A program made the position numbers and the translations under genes. From the NCBI GenBank assembly GCA_012727545.1, contig JAAYHA010000169.1:1-42278 (forward strand): a stretch of 42,278 bases of DNA, given 5' to 3'. The stretch comes from Synergistaceae bacterium (GTDB lineage Bacteria > Synergistota > Synergistia > Synergistales > Synergistaceae). Shown one piece after another: positions 26,011 through 35,348 of this stretch. The notes under the pieces were generated by a model. It ran no database searches and was not told the DNA's origin. It was given only the letters and a program-made list of their open reading frames with translations. Every line of letters starts with the position of its first letter. Within the stretch, counting starts at the first letter, position 1.

Positions 26011-27968
26011 TGAAGATGGTCTCACTGACCATGATAGGTCCTGACTCGGAAATGGAACCTGTCGCCCGTCAGATGGTTTTGACGGGAGGCTTCCAGCCTT
26101 TGCCGCTCGACCTCCTGGTAAACGACAGGAACCTCCGGTCTAAAGTAACGACCGAAACAGAAAACCCGTACGACGAGCTTCTGGCAAAGGTCACAACGGT
26201 ATGGAAGATCGCCGGTGAGATGATCCCCGATCCATCTCCTGTCACCATTACTAAAGAGTTTACGCTTACAGCAGCCCGAAGGAAAGTTGAACAGACTTCC
26301 AAAAGGCTGGAAGTATGGGAAAAGAGAAGAGTCGCGCTTTCCGAGGGGGAAGATCTCCTCACGGCCACAAAACTGTTCGTTGAAGCACTCAAAGGGACTG
26401 AATTCGGTCCGGAGGAACTTGCAAGCGGCACATTCCTGATCCCATTTTTTGGCCGGCTCTCGAATGAAAACTACCAGAGGCTGACGGAGAGCAGCGAGGA
26501 GTCGCCCATAACGACGAATGAACTGACAGTGCTCAACGGCAACACCTGGGTCCTCGTATTGTCAGTCAAGGGACATGAAGAATCGACCCGTAAGCTTCTG
26601 GAAGCTGTCTACTTCAAGGAATTCTCATTAACGGACATCGCATCGCAGTTAAAAGGGGCGGATCCACTTATTCTTGTAAACAAAAGGATAGCCAACCACC
26701 AGAGAGCCATCAAAGGGCTCGCCAAGGCTGCCAAGGACATGCTGCGGGAGCAGCGGTCGGAATATGAACTGCTCTACTCGCAGCTCTACACGATGCAGAG
26801 AGTCTATGACGTGTGCAAGGGACGGGGAGAAGTAAGCGGTATGTTCGTGCTTTCTGGATGGATACCGGCTGACACCCTTGCAGGCATCAGAAAAACTGTC
26901 GAAGAAGAGGCACCGATGACAACAGTCATGGTGGAAGAGACAAAGGACATCAGCTATTCGGGCATACGTATACCGACGCTTTTGCAGAACAACCCTGTTT
27001 TCAGGGCTTTTCAGGACATAGTGTCAATGTACAGTCTGCCGTCTTACGGAGAGATAGATCCCTCTCCCATAGTAGCCATCTCGTTCATCCTCTTTTTTGG
27101 TTTCATGTTCGGAGATATCGGGCACGGCCTGATGATATTCCTGGGTGCAATGTTCATGGTCAAACGGGGAATGATGAAACGTTCCTTTGGACAGGTCATT
27201 AAATCTGCAGCTGTAAGCTCTATGGTATTTGGAGTGCTTTACGGGAGCGTATTCGGGATGGAGGACATAATTCCTGCACTGTGGCTCTCCCCGATGCACG
27301 ACACCAACAAACTCCTGGTGATCGCCATCTGTCTCGGAGTGTTCATGATAAGCCTGGGGCTTGTCCTCAACATGATAAAACAGTACAGGGCAAGGGACTT
27401 TGGAAGGCTGCTCTTCGACGGGCAGGGAATGGCCGGACTCATGCTCTACTGGACAATGGCTGCCCTCGCCGCAATATACATGACGGGCACAAAGATCCCT
27501 GAGATCGCAGCTGACATAATGTGGGCCGGGATCGGAGTATTGATGCTTCTCATGATATTCAGGGATATCCTCGCCAGATATCTGCTGCACCAGAAAGGTG
27601 AAGGAGAATCGGCAGTCCTGAACATCTTCGAGATAATGCACCACCTGATGTCGTTCGTTTCCAACACAGCGTCATTTGTCAGGCTTGCAGCCTTCGCGCT
27701 TAACCACGTCGGACTCTCAATGGCAGTAATAATGCTCTCCGAGATGGTCCATTCCCTCCCCGGCGGAATAGTAATGAAAGGGATAATCCTCGTAATAGGA
27801 AATGTCGTAATAGTATGTCTGGAAGGGCTTATTGTCTTTATCCAGACTCTAAGGCTCGAATATTATGAGTTCTTCGGTAAATTCTACAAGGGAGGGGGAA
27901 GTGAATTCAAACCGGTCGGCTGGAAAAAGGACGGTTCCAAGTATGTCGCTCCGGCCGCCGAGAAGTAA
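26001..27968 (+). CDS. V/A-type ATP synthase subunit I (a)
   Basis: GWIP, PT.L.N, YSLPSYGEIDP, FGFMFGDIGHG, SNTASFVRLAAFALNH (essential Arg) and LRLEYYEFF.KFY. Confidence 0.95.
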   Translation: MAVMKMVSLTMIGPDSEMEPVARQMVLTGGFQPLPLDLLVNDRNLRSKVTTETENPYDELLAKVTTVWKIAGEMIPDPSPVTITKEFTLTAARRKVEQTSKRLEVWEKRRVALSEGEDLLTATKLFVEALKGTEFGPEELASGTFLIPFFGRLSNENYQRLTESSEESPITTNELTVLNGNTWVLVLSVKGHEESTRKLLEAVYFKEFSLTDIASQLKGADPLILVNKRIANHQRAIKGLAKAAKDMLREQRSEYELLYSQLYTMQRVYDVCKGRGEVSGMFVLSGWIPADTLAGIRKTVEEEAPMTTVMVEETKDISYSGIRIPTLLQNNPVFRAFQDIVSMYSLPSYGEIDPSPIVAISFILFFGFMFGDIGHGLMIFLGAMFMVKRGMMKRSFGQVIKSAAVSSMVFGVLYGSVFGMEDIIPALWLSPMHDTNKLLVIAICLGVFMISLGLVLNMIKQYRARDFGRLLFDGQGMAGLMLYWTMAALAAIYMTGTKIPEIAADIMWAGIGVLMLLMIFRDILARYLLHQKGEGESAVLNIFEIMHHLMSFVSNTASFVRLAAFALNHVGLSMAVIMLSEMVHSLPGGIVMKGIILVIGNVVIVCLEGLIVFIQTLRLEYYEFFGKFYKGGGSEFKPVGWKKDGSKYVAPAAEK

Positions 27969-28047
27969 TTACATACATAAATGCTTTATGACATAATAAA
28001 AGGTCAAACTGATAATTTTTGTACAATTAATGTGAAGGAGTGGGTTT

Positions 28048-28467
28048 TTGATGTTTGGACTTGCAATGTGCTGCGGCACTGTCGCAACAATGATAGGTCT
28101 GGGGTATTTGATGCAGCGCAGAGGCTATAAGGGAGGCCGCGCCTTCTATCTTTCGGGTTTGGGGCTATCATCGCTCCTCGTCTTTACAGGGGCAGCGCTG
28201 TCTCTCACGATGCACCCCGCTTTCGCTGAAGCAACTGCAGCACCTCTGGGAACAGGCGCAGGAATGGGCTTTATTGCGGCTGCTGTCTCGACAGGGCTTG
28301 CATGCCTGGGTGCGGGACTTGCCGTTGCCAGCGTTGGTTCAGCAGCCCTCGGACTGGTCGGCGAAAAACCTGAGATGCTTGGAACGACCCTAATTTATCT
28401 TGGACTTTCAGAAGGTATCGCAATATACGGGGTCATCGTTTCACTTCTGATCCTCGGGCGGGTCTAA
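28048..28467 (+). CDS. V/A-type ATP synthase proteolipid subunit K (c) with N-terminal extension
   Basis: C-terminal hairpin GLACLGAGLAV...EKPE...GLSEGIAIYG containing the ion-binding Glu. Confidence 0.92.
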   Translation: MMFGLAMCCGTVATMIGLGYLMQRRGYKGGRAFYLSGLGLSSLLVFTGAALSLTMHPAFAEATAAPLGTGAGMGFIAAAVSTGLACLGAGLAVASVGSAALGLVGEKPEMLGTTLIYLGLSEGIAIYGVIVSLLILGRV

Positions 28468-28483
28468 GGACAGTAACAATAAG

Positions 28484-28792
28484 ATGAAAGCTTTTCTTGT
28501 GAGCGACAACCATGATTCCCTGGTAGGCATGAGGCTTGCCGGGATACAGGGCTGCCTTGTTCACACCGTCGATGAGACCTTTGCGGCGATAGACAGAGCA
28601 TTAAAGATGCCTGACCTGGCCATTCTCGCAATTACGGAGAGGGCTGCGGAAATGGCACCTGATGTTGTTCAGCAGTTGCGAGAGCGCGGTGAACTGCCTC
28701 TCCTGGTTGAGATACCTGACAGATTCGGTACTAAACGGGGTCCGGATTTTCTGACCCGATACGTACAGGAAGCCATTGGGGTGAAAATGTAA
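28484..28792 (+). CDS. V/A-type ATP synthase subunit F
   Basis: D...GMRLAGI, ILAITE, P.LVEIPD and EAIG. Confidence 0.93.
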   Translation: MKAFLVSDNHDSLVGMRLAGIQGCLVHTVDETFAAIDRALKMPDLAILAITERAAEMAPDVVQQLRERGELPLLVEIPDRFGTKRGPDFLTRYVQEAIGVKM

Positions 28793-29406
28793 TGAAGGAA
28801 GTATCCAGTGAAAAGATAGGGACTCTTAGGGACATAATACTTGACAGAGCTGATTCCAGAAAGAAAGAGCTAGTGGCAGGAGCAAGGCAGGAAGCCGAGG
28901 AATGGCTGCTCAGGGAGACAGAAAAACTTCAGCGTGAAACCAACCTTATACTTCAGGATGCAAGGAAAAGAGCTGAAGATATCAGGCGCAGGCAGATACT
29001 GTCCGCGGAGAGAGAAAAATCTACAGAAACACTGAGACTGCAGAACAGGATACTCTCTGAAGCACTTGGAAGACTTCAGGATAAGCTCGTGCACATGAGG
29101 GAACGTGAAGATTATGTAAATATCCTTGCAGGAATGTGCATAGATGCGATAACTTCCCTACGGGAAACCAAGGGACTCAAACTGAGGCTTTCGGCAGTTG
29201 ATGCGGGCCTGGCCGGTCCGATCATCTCAAAAGTAGAGGAATTTATTCCGGAAGCAGAAATCATTTTTGATCCGGAAACTGCTCCAATACTTGGTGGATG
29301 CTGGATCTCTACAAATGACGACCGCAGGCAGGTAAACTCTGACTGGCAAAGCCTGACGCAGGAAATGGCCGATACCCTGGCTGAACGGCTCCTGCCCCTG
29401 CTATAG
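28792..29406 (+). CDS. V/A-type ATP synthase subunit E
   Basis: N-terminal coiled coil, C-terminal ILGG..I....R.V; position before subunit A. Confidence 0.85.
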   Translation: MKEVSSEKIGTLRDIILDRADSRKKELVAGARQEAEEWLLRETEKLQRETNLILQDARKRAEDIRRRQILSAEREKSTETLRLQNRILSEALGRLQDKLVHMREREDYVNILAGMCIDAITSLRETKGLKLRLSAVDAGLAGPIISKVEEFIPEAEIIFDPETAPILGGCWISTNDDRRQVNSDWQSLTQEMADTLAERLLPLL

Positions 29407-29418
29407 GAGGAATGAAAC

Positions 29419-31224
29419 TTGGAGGCTAAGACAAACATCGCCCCAACAACAAAGGAAGGTATCGTAACCTTCGTAAACGGTCCTGTCATAAAGGCCTCTA
29501 ATATGCGTAATTTTGCAATGCGTGAAGTTGTTAAGGTCGGTCCCAAAAAGCTTATGGGTGAAATAATAAGCATGGACAGCGATGATGCAACTATTCAGGT
29601 CTACGAGGACACTGACGGACTCAGCATACATGAAATTGTCACCGGCACGGGTGAACCACTCTCTATCGAGGTGGGGCCCGGGCTGATAGGCAGTTTTTTC
29701 GACGGTATCGGAAGGCCTTTGGACGCCCTTCTTGAATCTGAGGGAATGTATATTTCTCCGGGCACCTCGGTCAACATGCTAAACCGTGACAAGGTCTGGG
29801 ACGTGACCCCGGTAGCTAAACCCGGAGACCTGATAACAGGGGGAATGGTAATTGCCACTGTGCAGGAGACCCCCCTCCTGCTTCACAAAATAATGGCACC
29901 GCCTGACACTGAGGGAGAGCTGACATGGGTCATATCAAAAGGTCAGCACAAGGGCGGAGAAATGGTCGCAAAAATCAAGGACGCCTTTGGCCGCGAAATA
30001 TCAATACCCATGATCCAGAGATGGCCAGTGCGGACACCCAGACTATACAGGGAACGCCTCCTTCCGAACGAACCTTTCGTGACCGGACAGAGGGTCATCG
30101 ACGGACTCTTCCCAATAGCAAAAGGTGGTACGGCATGCATCCCCGGAGGGTTTGGGACGGGAAAGACCGTCACTCAACATCAGCTTGCCAAATGGGGAGA
30201 TGCCCAGGTAGTCATTTACATAGGCTGCGGTGAGAGAGGGAACGAGATGACAGACGTTCTTGAACAGTTCCCCGTACTCGAAGACCCAAGATCCGGAAGG
30301 CCGCTGATGGAAAGAACCATCCTGATCGCCAATACATCCAACATGCCTGTCGCGGCCCGCGAAGCATCAATTTATACAGGTATAACCATCGCCGAATATT
30401 TCCGCGACATGGGATATGACGTTGCAATTATGGCGGACTCAACTTCGAGATGGGCCGAGGCCCTTCGCGAACTTTCGGGCCGCCTTGAAGAGATACCTGC
30501 CGAGGAAGGGTTCCCCGCATACCTGCCCAGCAGGCTGGCTGAGTTTTATGAAAGGGCCGGCCGTGTAGTTACATTAGGCGGAGAAAGCGGTAGCATCACT
30601 GTAATAGGAGCAGTTTCGCCTCCGGGAGGAGACTTCACTGAACCTGTCACGAGGCACACCAAGCGCTTTATCAGATGCTTCTGGGGACTGGACAAAAACC
30701 TCGCAAACGCCAGACATTATCCCGCTATTTCCTGGATAGACTCTTACAGTGAATACGCTGAAGAGGTAAACGGTTGGTTTTGCTCCAACGTAGATCCAAG
30801 ATGGGGAGATCTCAGGGATGAGGTCCGTCAGATCCTTGCTGAGGACAACAAGGTACAGCAGGTCATAAAACTGGTCGGAGAGGACGTACTTCCCGACGAC
30901 CAGAGACTTGTCGCATTTACAGCCTTTTTGATAAAGAACGGATATCTCCAGCAGAACTCCTTCGGCTCAGACTCATATTCTCCTCCGTCAAAGGGATTTG
31001 AGATACTTGAAATAGTTATGGAGTTCTACCAGAAAGCTCTCGGGCTTGTCCGTAAGGGCATTCCGATATCCCTTATCAAAGAAGACGAATCAGTCGACTC
31101 GATCACGCACCTCCGTGAACTCTCACCCGATGACAAAAATGGCTTCGCTCTGGTGAGAAAGAGGATAAACGCTCACCTCGACAGGGTAGCAGCTGAAAGA
31201 ACAAGAAAGCTTGGAGGTGAGTAA
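29419..31224 (+). CDS. V/A-type ATP synthase catalytic subunit A
   Basis: Walker A GGFGTGKT, GCGERGNE, NTSNMPVAAREAS and PAEEGFPAYL; TTG start after AGGAGG. Confidence 0.97.
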   Translation: MEAKTNIAPTTKEGIVTFVNGPVIKASNMRNFAMREVVKVGPKKLMGEIISMDSDDATIQVYEDTDGLSIHEIVTGTGEPLSIEVGPGLIGSFFDGIGRPLDALLESEGMYISPGTSVNMLNRDKVWDVTPVAKPGDLITGGMVIATVQETPLLLHKIMAPPDTEGELTWVISKGQHKGGEMVAKIKDAFGREISIPMIQRWPVRTPRLYRERLLPNEPFVTGQRVIDGLFPIAKGGTACIPGGFGTGKTVTQHQLAKWGDAQVVIYIGCGERGNEMTDVLEQFPVLEDPRSGRPLMERTILIANTSNMPVAAREASIYTGITIAEYFRDMGYDVAIMADSTSRWAEALRELSGRLEEIPAEEGFPAYLPSRLAEFYERAGRVVTLGGESGSITVIGAVSPPGGDFTEPVTRHTKRFIRCFWGLDKNLANARHYPAISWIDSYSEYAEEVNGWFCSNVDPRWGDLRDEVRQILAEDNKVQQVIKLVGEDVLPDDQRLVAFTAFLIKNGYLQQNSFGSDSYSPPSKGFEILEIVMEFYQKALGLVRKGIPISLIKEDESVDSITHLRELSPDDKNGFALVRKRINAHLDRVAAERTRKLGGE

Positions 31225-31227
31225 CCG

Positions 31228-32607
31228 GTGGCAAACGCTGAATATATCGGAGTTAAAGATATCGAAGGACCATTCGTTCTCGTTGAGAACGTAAGCGGCG
31301 TAGGTTACGGCGAGCTTGTTGAGATCCGTGACAGCAAGGGACGTCTCCGCCATGGACAGGTGAAGTCACTGAGCGAAAAAGCCACATTGGTACAGGTATT
31401 CACAGGAACAGAAGACCTTATCCCCAATACCACCAAGCTGCGTTTCCTCGGAAAGCCTCTTGAGATCCGGCTCTCTAAAAATATGCTTGGACGTACCTTT
31501 AACGGACTTGGGGAACCCAGAGACGGCTGCGGAGAGACCTACGGCGGGAAAAGGGTAAACATAAACGGACTACCCCTTAACCCCATGGCACGCCAGTATC
31601 CCAAAGACTTTATCAACACAGGGATATCCGCGATCGACACACTGACGACCCTTATAAGGGGGCAAAAGCTCCCCATCTTTTCAGGAAACGGGCTGCCGCA
31701 TAACCAGCTGGCAGTACAGATAGCAACTCAGGCAAAGATCATGGGATCCGACGACTTCGCCGTTGTCTTTGCAGGAATAGGCATCAAGCATGACGACGCG
31801 GCTTATTTTACCCAGGAACTATCCAACAGGGGGCACAGCAATAACATAGTAACATTCCTGAACCTTGCCGACGACCCGGTCATCGAACGTATCGCGACTC
31901 CAAGGATGGCGCTCTCAACAGCCGAGTATCTCGCCTATGAACTTGGACTTCACGTGCTTGTCATAATCACTGACATGACAAGCTACTGCGAAGCTCTCAG
32001 GGAAATTGGCGTAGCTGCCGGTGAAGTCCCCAGCCGCAAAGGATACCCGGCCTACCTCTACAGTGACCTGGCGTCTCTCTATGAGAGGGCCGGAGTCGTA
32101 AGGGGGGTCAGCGGGAGCGTCACACAGATCCCGATACTGACCATGCCAAACGACGACATAACCCACCCTATACCTGACCTTACAGGATTCATAACAGAGG
32201 GGCAGATAGTTCTCTCAAGGGAGCTTGATTCAAGAAACATCTATCCCCCGATAGACATCCTGACCAGCCTTTCGAGGCTTATGAAAGACGGTATAGGCAA
32301 GGGATATACGAGAGAAGACCATCCCAGCGTTTCAAGCCAGCTCTTCGCATCTTACAGCAGGGTCCAGGAAGTGCGATCCCTGGCAGGTGTCGTCGGAGAG
32401 GACGAACTTTCCAAAAATGACAAGATGTCACTGGAATTTGGAAAGCTGTTTGAGGAAAAATTCCTTAAGCAGGGCAAAGAAGAGGAACGTGAGATAGGCT
32501 ACTCCCTCGACATGGCCTGGGAGATACTCAGCAATCTGCCCAGAAGCGAACTTACAAGAGTCTCGCTCTCAGATATAAACGAACACATAAGAAAACATAC
32601 TGACTAA
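31228..32607 (+). CDS. V/A-type ATP synthase subunit B
   Basis: [41 protein letters not shown] and SLSRLM. Confidence 0.97.
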   Translation: MANAEYIGVKDIEGPFVLVENVSGVGYGELVEIRDSKGRLRHGQVKSLSEKATLVQVFTGTEDLIPNTTKLRFLGKPLEIRLSKNMLGRTFNGLGEPRDGCGETYGGKRVNINGLPLNPMARQYPKDFINTGISAIDTLTTLIRGQKLPIFSGNGLPHNQLAVQIATQAKIMGSDDFAVVFAGIGIKHDDAAYFTQELSNRGHSNNIVTFLNLADDPVIERIATPRMALSTAEYLAYELGLHVLVIITDMTSYCEALREIGVAAGEVPSRKGYPAYLYSDLASLYERAGVVRGVSGSVTQIPILTMPNDDITHPIPDLTGFITEGQIVLSRELDSRNIYPPIDILTSLSRLMKDGIGKGYTREDHPSVSSQLFASYSRVQEVRSLAGVVGEDELSKNDKMSLEFGKLFEEKFLKQGKEEEREIGYSLDMAWEILSNLPRSELTRVSLSDINEHIRKHTD

Positions 32608-32631
32608 CCTTTGCTTCTGCAAGGATCAACC

Positions 32632-32673
32632 ATAAAGCGAAGCCCGGAAAAGAACCTCCGGGCTTCGCTTTAT
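32632..32673. terminator. Strong hairpin terminator between convergent ATPase operon and MOSC gene
   Basis: ATAAAGCGAAGCCCGGA / TCCGGGCTTCGCTTTAT perfect 17-bp stem. Confidence 0.8.
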
Positions 32674-32702
32674 CAGACTGTTTATCCGGAACGAAAAGAG
32701 AC

Positions 32703-33152
32703 TTAAATATTATCTTCAATCTGAGCTGTGTCACCTTTTTTCACTACTCCCCCTGAAACGACCACGCAAAAAAGCCCCTCCGACGGCAGCAGGCTTACTC
32801 CGAATGTCCTGCTGACGATGCTGGGATGATCTTCCTTGCCAACCTGAGTCACCTCAAGGAGAACATCTTCCCCTAGCCTTATCCTGCTTCCGGGGCCAAG
32901 AGAAGACAGGTCAAGCCCTTCGGTCAGAACATTCTCCGCAAAATCTCCGGGCCCCATGTTCAGCCCCTTCAGCCTGTTTACCTTATCAAGGCTTTCAAAA
33001 CTCAGACATGTGACCTGACGGCCCCAGTCTCCTGCATGTCCGTCGTTTTCGATCCCCTTGCCTGAGATAAAGACTGCTTCCTGGATCTCTTCCTTGAGCT
33101 GCCCCCTTTGGGGACTGACAGATATTGAGTAGACCTTTCCACTTTTTCCCAT
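32703..33152 (-). CDS. MOSC domain protein
   Basis: GIENDGHAG.W.RQV, PGDFAEN..TEG, LEVTQVGK and EG.F..V..GG....GD. Confidence 0.9.
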   Translation of the reverse strand: MGKSGKVYSISVSPQRGQLKEEIQEAVFISGKGIENDGHAGDWGRQVTCLSFESLDKVNRLKGLNMGPGDFAENVLTEGLDLSSLGPGSRIRLGEDVLLEVTQVGKEDHPSIVSRTFGVSLLPSEGLFCVVVSGGVVKKGDTAQIEDNI

Positions 33153-33230
33153 ACTATCTTCCTTCCTGCCTATCCATGAACGGATATTTTATTTTCTGCC
33201 CTGATTATAGTTCAGGGTCCGGCAGCCGGT

Positions 33231-33662
33231 CTATAGCTGGGATGTGCAGTTAGGACACCTTGTTGCGTTGTCGTCAATATCCGAGAAACAAAAGGGACAC
33301 TTGCGCTTGGGCGCCGGTGTGGGTTCAGGCTTTGACATTTTGTTCGCAAAGCGTATTACCCAGAATATTGCCCACGCCTGTATAAGAAAATTTATTATAC
33401 TGTTGATAAAAAGACCATAACTGATAACAGGCAGGCCGGCTTCAACAGCTTCGGCAAGCGTTGCGGCCGGGGTACCCGAAAGGTTGATGAAGAGATTTGA
33501 AAAATCCACTCCACCCAGTGCTAGCCCTATCGGCGGCATGAGAATGTCAGTTACCAAAGAAGCTATGACCTTGCCAAAGGCCGCACCTATTATCACGCCT
33601 ACCGCCATGTCCAAAACGTTTCCGCGCATTGCAAATTTCTTAAAGTCCTGCATTACTGACAT
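33231..33662 (-). CDS. mscL: Large-conductance mechanosensitive channel with C-terminal zinc ribbon
   Basis: FKKFAMRGNVLDMAVGVIIGAAFG and YG.FIN.IINF; ends CPFC...CPNC. Confidence 0.95.
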   Translation of the reverse strand: MSVMQDFKKFAMRGNVLDMAVGVIIGAAFGKVIASLVTDILMPPIGLALGGVDFSNLFINLSGTPAATLAEAVEAGLPVISYGLFINSIINFLIQAWAIFWVIRFANKMSKPEPTPAPKRKCPFCFSDIDDNATRCPNCTSQL

Positions 33663-33781
33663 GAGAACACCCCCGCATAGTTAATGATGAGATTATACCC
33701 CAGAATTAAAAATAATATCATCTGAAAAGGATAAGAATAAACTAAAAAATTGCCGGTACGCACGCAACAAATATTTTGCCG

Positions 33782-34570
33782 TCACCTTGCAAGTTTTTCA
33801 AAGCTTGGGATCGAACTGATAAGTTTTACAGTATAGGGATCTTCCGGGAAATTCAGTATCTGTTCAGAGCTCCCTTCCTCGCACAGGCGTCCCTCTTTCA
33901 TCACCATTATCCTCTCTGCCGCATTTCCTGCAAGCAGAAGGTCATGGGTGACAAATATCATAGCGGTACCCGATGTAGCATATTTTTCCAACACATCGAC
34001 CACCTCGCCGCGCGTTGACGCATCCTGCATCGAAGTCGGTTCATCGCATAACAATATCTTAGGGGACAGCATGAGGGCTCTGGCGATCTGTACCCTCTGC
34101 CTCTGTCCTCCGGAAAGGGATACAGCACGTGATTTCAGTATCCTATCTCCCCTAAGGCCGAGTTCTGCAAGCAAAGCCTCTGCCCTCTCCCTTATCTTAT
34201 TTTTGCCGATATCAAGCCCTGCAATAACTGCCGGTTCGCAGACGGCATCAAGTGCAGAAAGTCCGGGAGGAATAGCTCCATATGGGTCCTGCTGGACATA
34301 ACCGCATTTTTGCCTGGCCTTTGCAAGTTCATCAGCACCCAGCAGCGAAAGATCCCTTCCGAAGAGAGCCACACTGCCTTCCTCCGGCCTTACAAGCCCT
34401 ACAAGAGCGCGCAGCAGCGTTGTCTTGCCGCTTCCTGATCCTCCTACGACTGCCAGCCTCTCCCCGGGAGCCAGGGAAAGGGATATATTTCTGACAGCTT
34501 TGTGGACAGGTCCCTTTTTGGACCTGAAGCTCACTGTCAGTTGGACAGCTTCAATAATTTTGTTATCCAT
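33782..34570 (-). CDS. Peptide/nickel ABC transporter ATP-binding subunit (OppF/DppF-like)
   Basis: GGSGSGKT, LSGGQRQR, CDEPT and THD. Confidence 0.9.
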   Translation of the reverse strand: MDNKIIEAVQLTVSFRSKKGPVHKAVRNISLSLAPGERLAVVGGSGSGKTTLLRALVGLVRPEEGSVALFGRDLSLLGADELAKARQKCGYVQQDPYGAIPPGLSALDAVCEPAVIAGLDIGKNKIRERAEALLAELGLRGDRILKSRAVSLSGGQRQRVQIARALMLSPKILLCDEPTSMQDASTRGEVVDVLEKYATSGTAMIFVTHDLLLAGNAAERIMVMKEGRLCEEGSSEQILNFPEDPYTVKLISSIPSFEKLAR

Positions 34571-35348
34571 TCTTTTTATCCCTCTGCCAGAACATCTCTC
34601 TTACAAGGTCTTTTGTATGGGGGTGCCGGGGGGCATTCACCAATTCAGAAGGTGTGCCTGTCTCTGCGATGATCCCGTCCTTCATAACGACAAGCCTGTC
34701 GCAGACCATCGCAGCAAGGGGCAGGTCGTGGGTGACAAGGATTATGGAGAGGTTTTTGCTTTTTCTGAGCCCTGAAAGAAGTTCAAGTATTTCGGCCTGA
34801 ATTATCACATCCAGCGCAGTGGTGGGCTCGTCAGCAAGGAGAAGTGCGGGATAGCACGCCAGCGCCAGGGCTATCGCAGCCCTCTGTTTCTGCCCCCCCG
34901 AAAGCTCGTGCGGATATCTTTCTTTGATGCCTGCATCCAGCCCGACATCTTTCAGAAGACGCACCACCTCTTTTTCTGCATCCTCTCCGAATTTGCCTGA
35001 ATGTACGTTAAGCACTTCCTCTATATGTCTTTTTATCTTCATTACCGGCGTAAACGAATTCTGAGCACCCTGAGGGACAAGTGATATCTCTTTCCACCGC
35101 AGATCCCTCATCTCACTCTCCTGCATCCTTATGATATCGGCTCCTTTGTATAGTATCTGACCCATGACATCAGTCCCCGGAGGCAGAAGCCCCAGAAGAG
35201 CCGTCATAAGGGTGCTCTTGCCGCTGCCGGACTCTCCCACAAGACCTGTGAAGCTGCCTTTGTCGATCCTGAGGGAAATGCCGTTGACGGCATCTGTCGT
35301 TCTTCCCATAGAGTGGTATCTAACTGTGAGATCCCTGATATCAAGCAT
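34563..35348 (-). CDS. Peptide/nickel ABC transporter ATP-binding subunit (OppD/DppD-like)
   Basis: GESGSGKS, YPHELSGGQKQR, ADEPTTALD and P.HP.T. Confidence 0.92.
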   Translation of the reverse strand: MLDIRDLTVRYHSMGRTTDAVNGISLRIDKGSFTGLVGESGSGKSTLMTALLGLLPPGTDVMGQILYKGADIIRMQESEMRDLRWKEISLVPQGAQNSFTPVMKIKRHIEEVLNVHSGKFGEDAEKEVVRLLKDVGLDAGIKERYPHELSGGQKQRAAIALALACYPALLLADEPTTALDVIIQAEILELLSGLRKSKNLSIILVTHDLPLAAMVCDRLVVMKDGIIAETGTPSELVNAPRHPHTKDLVREMFWQRDKKNG

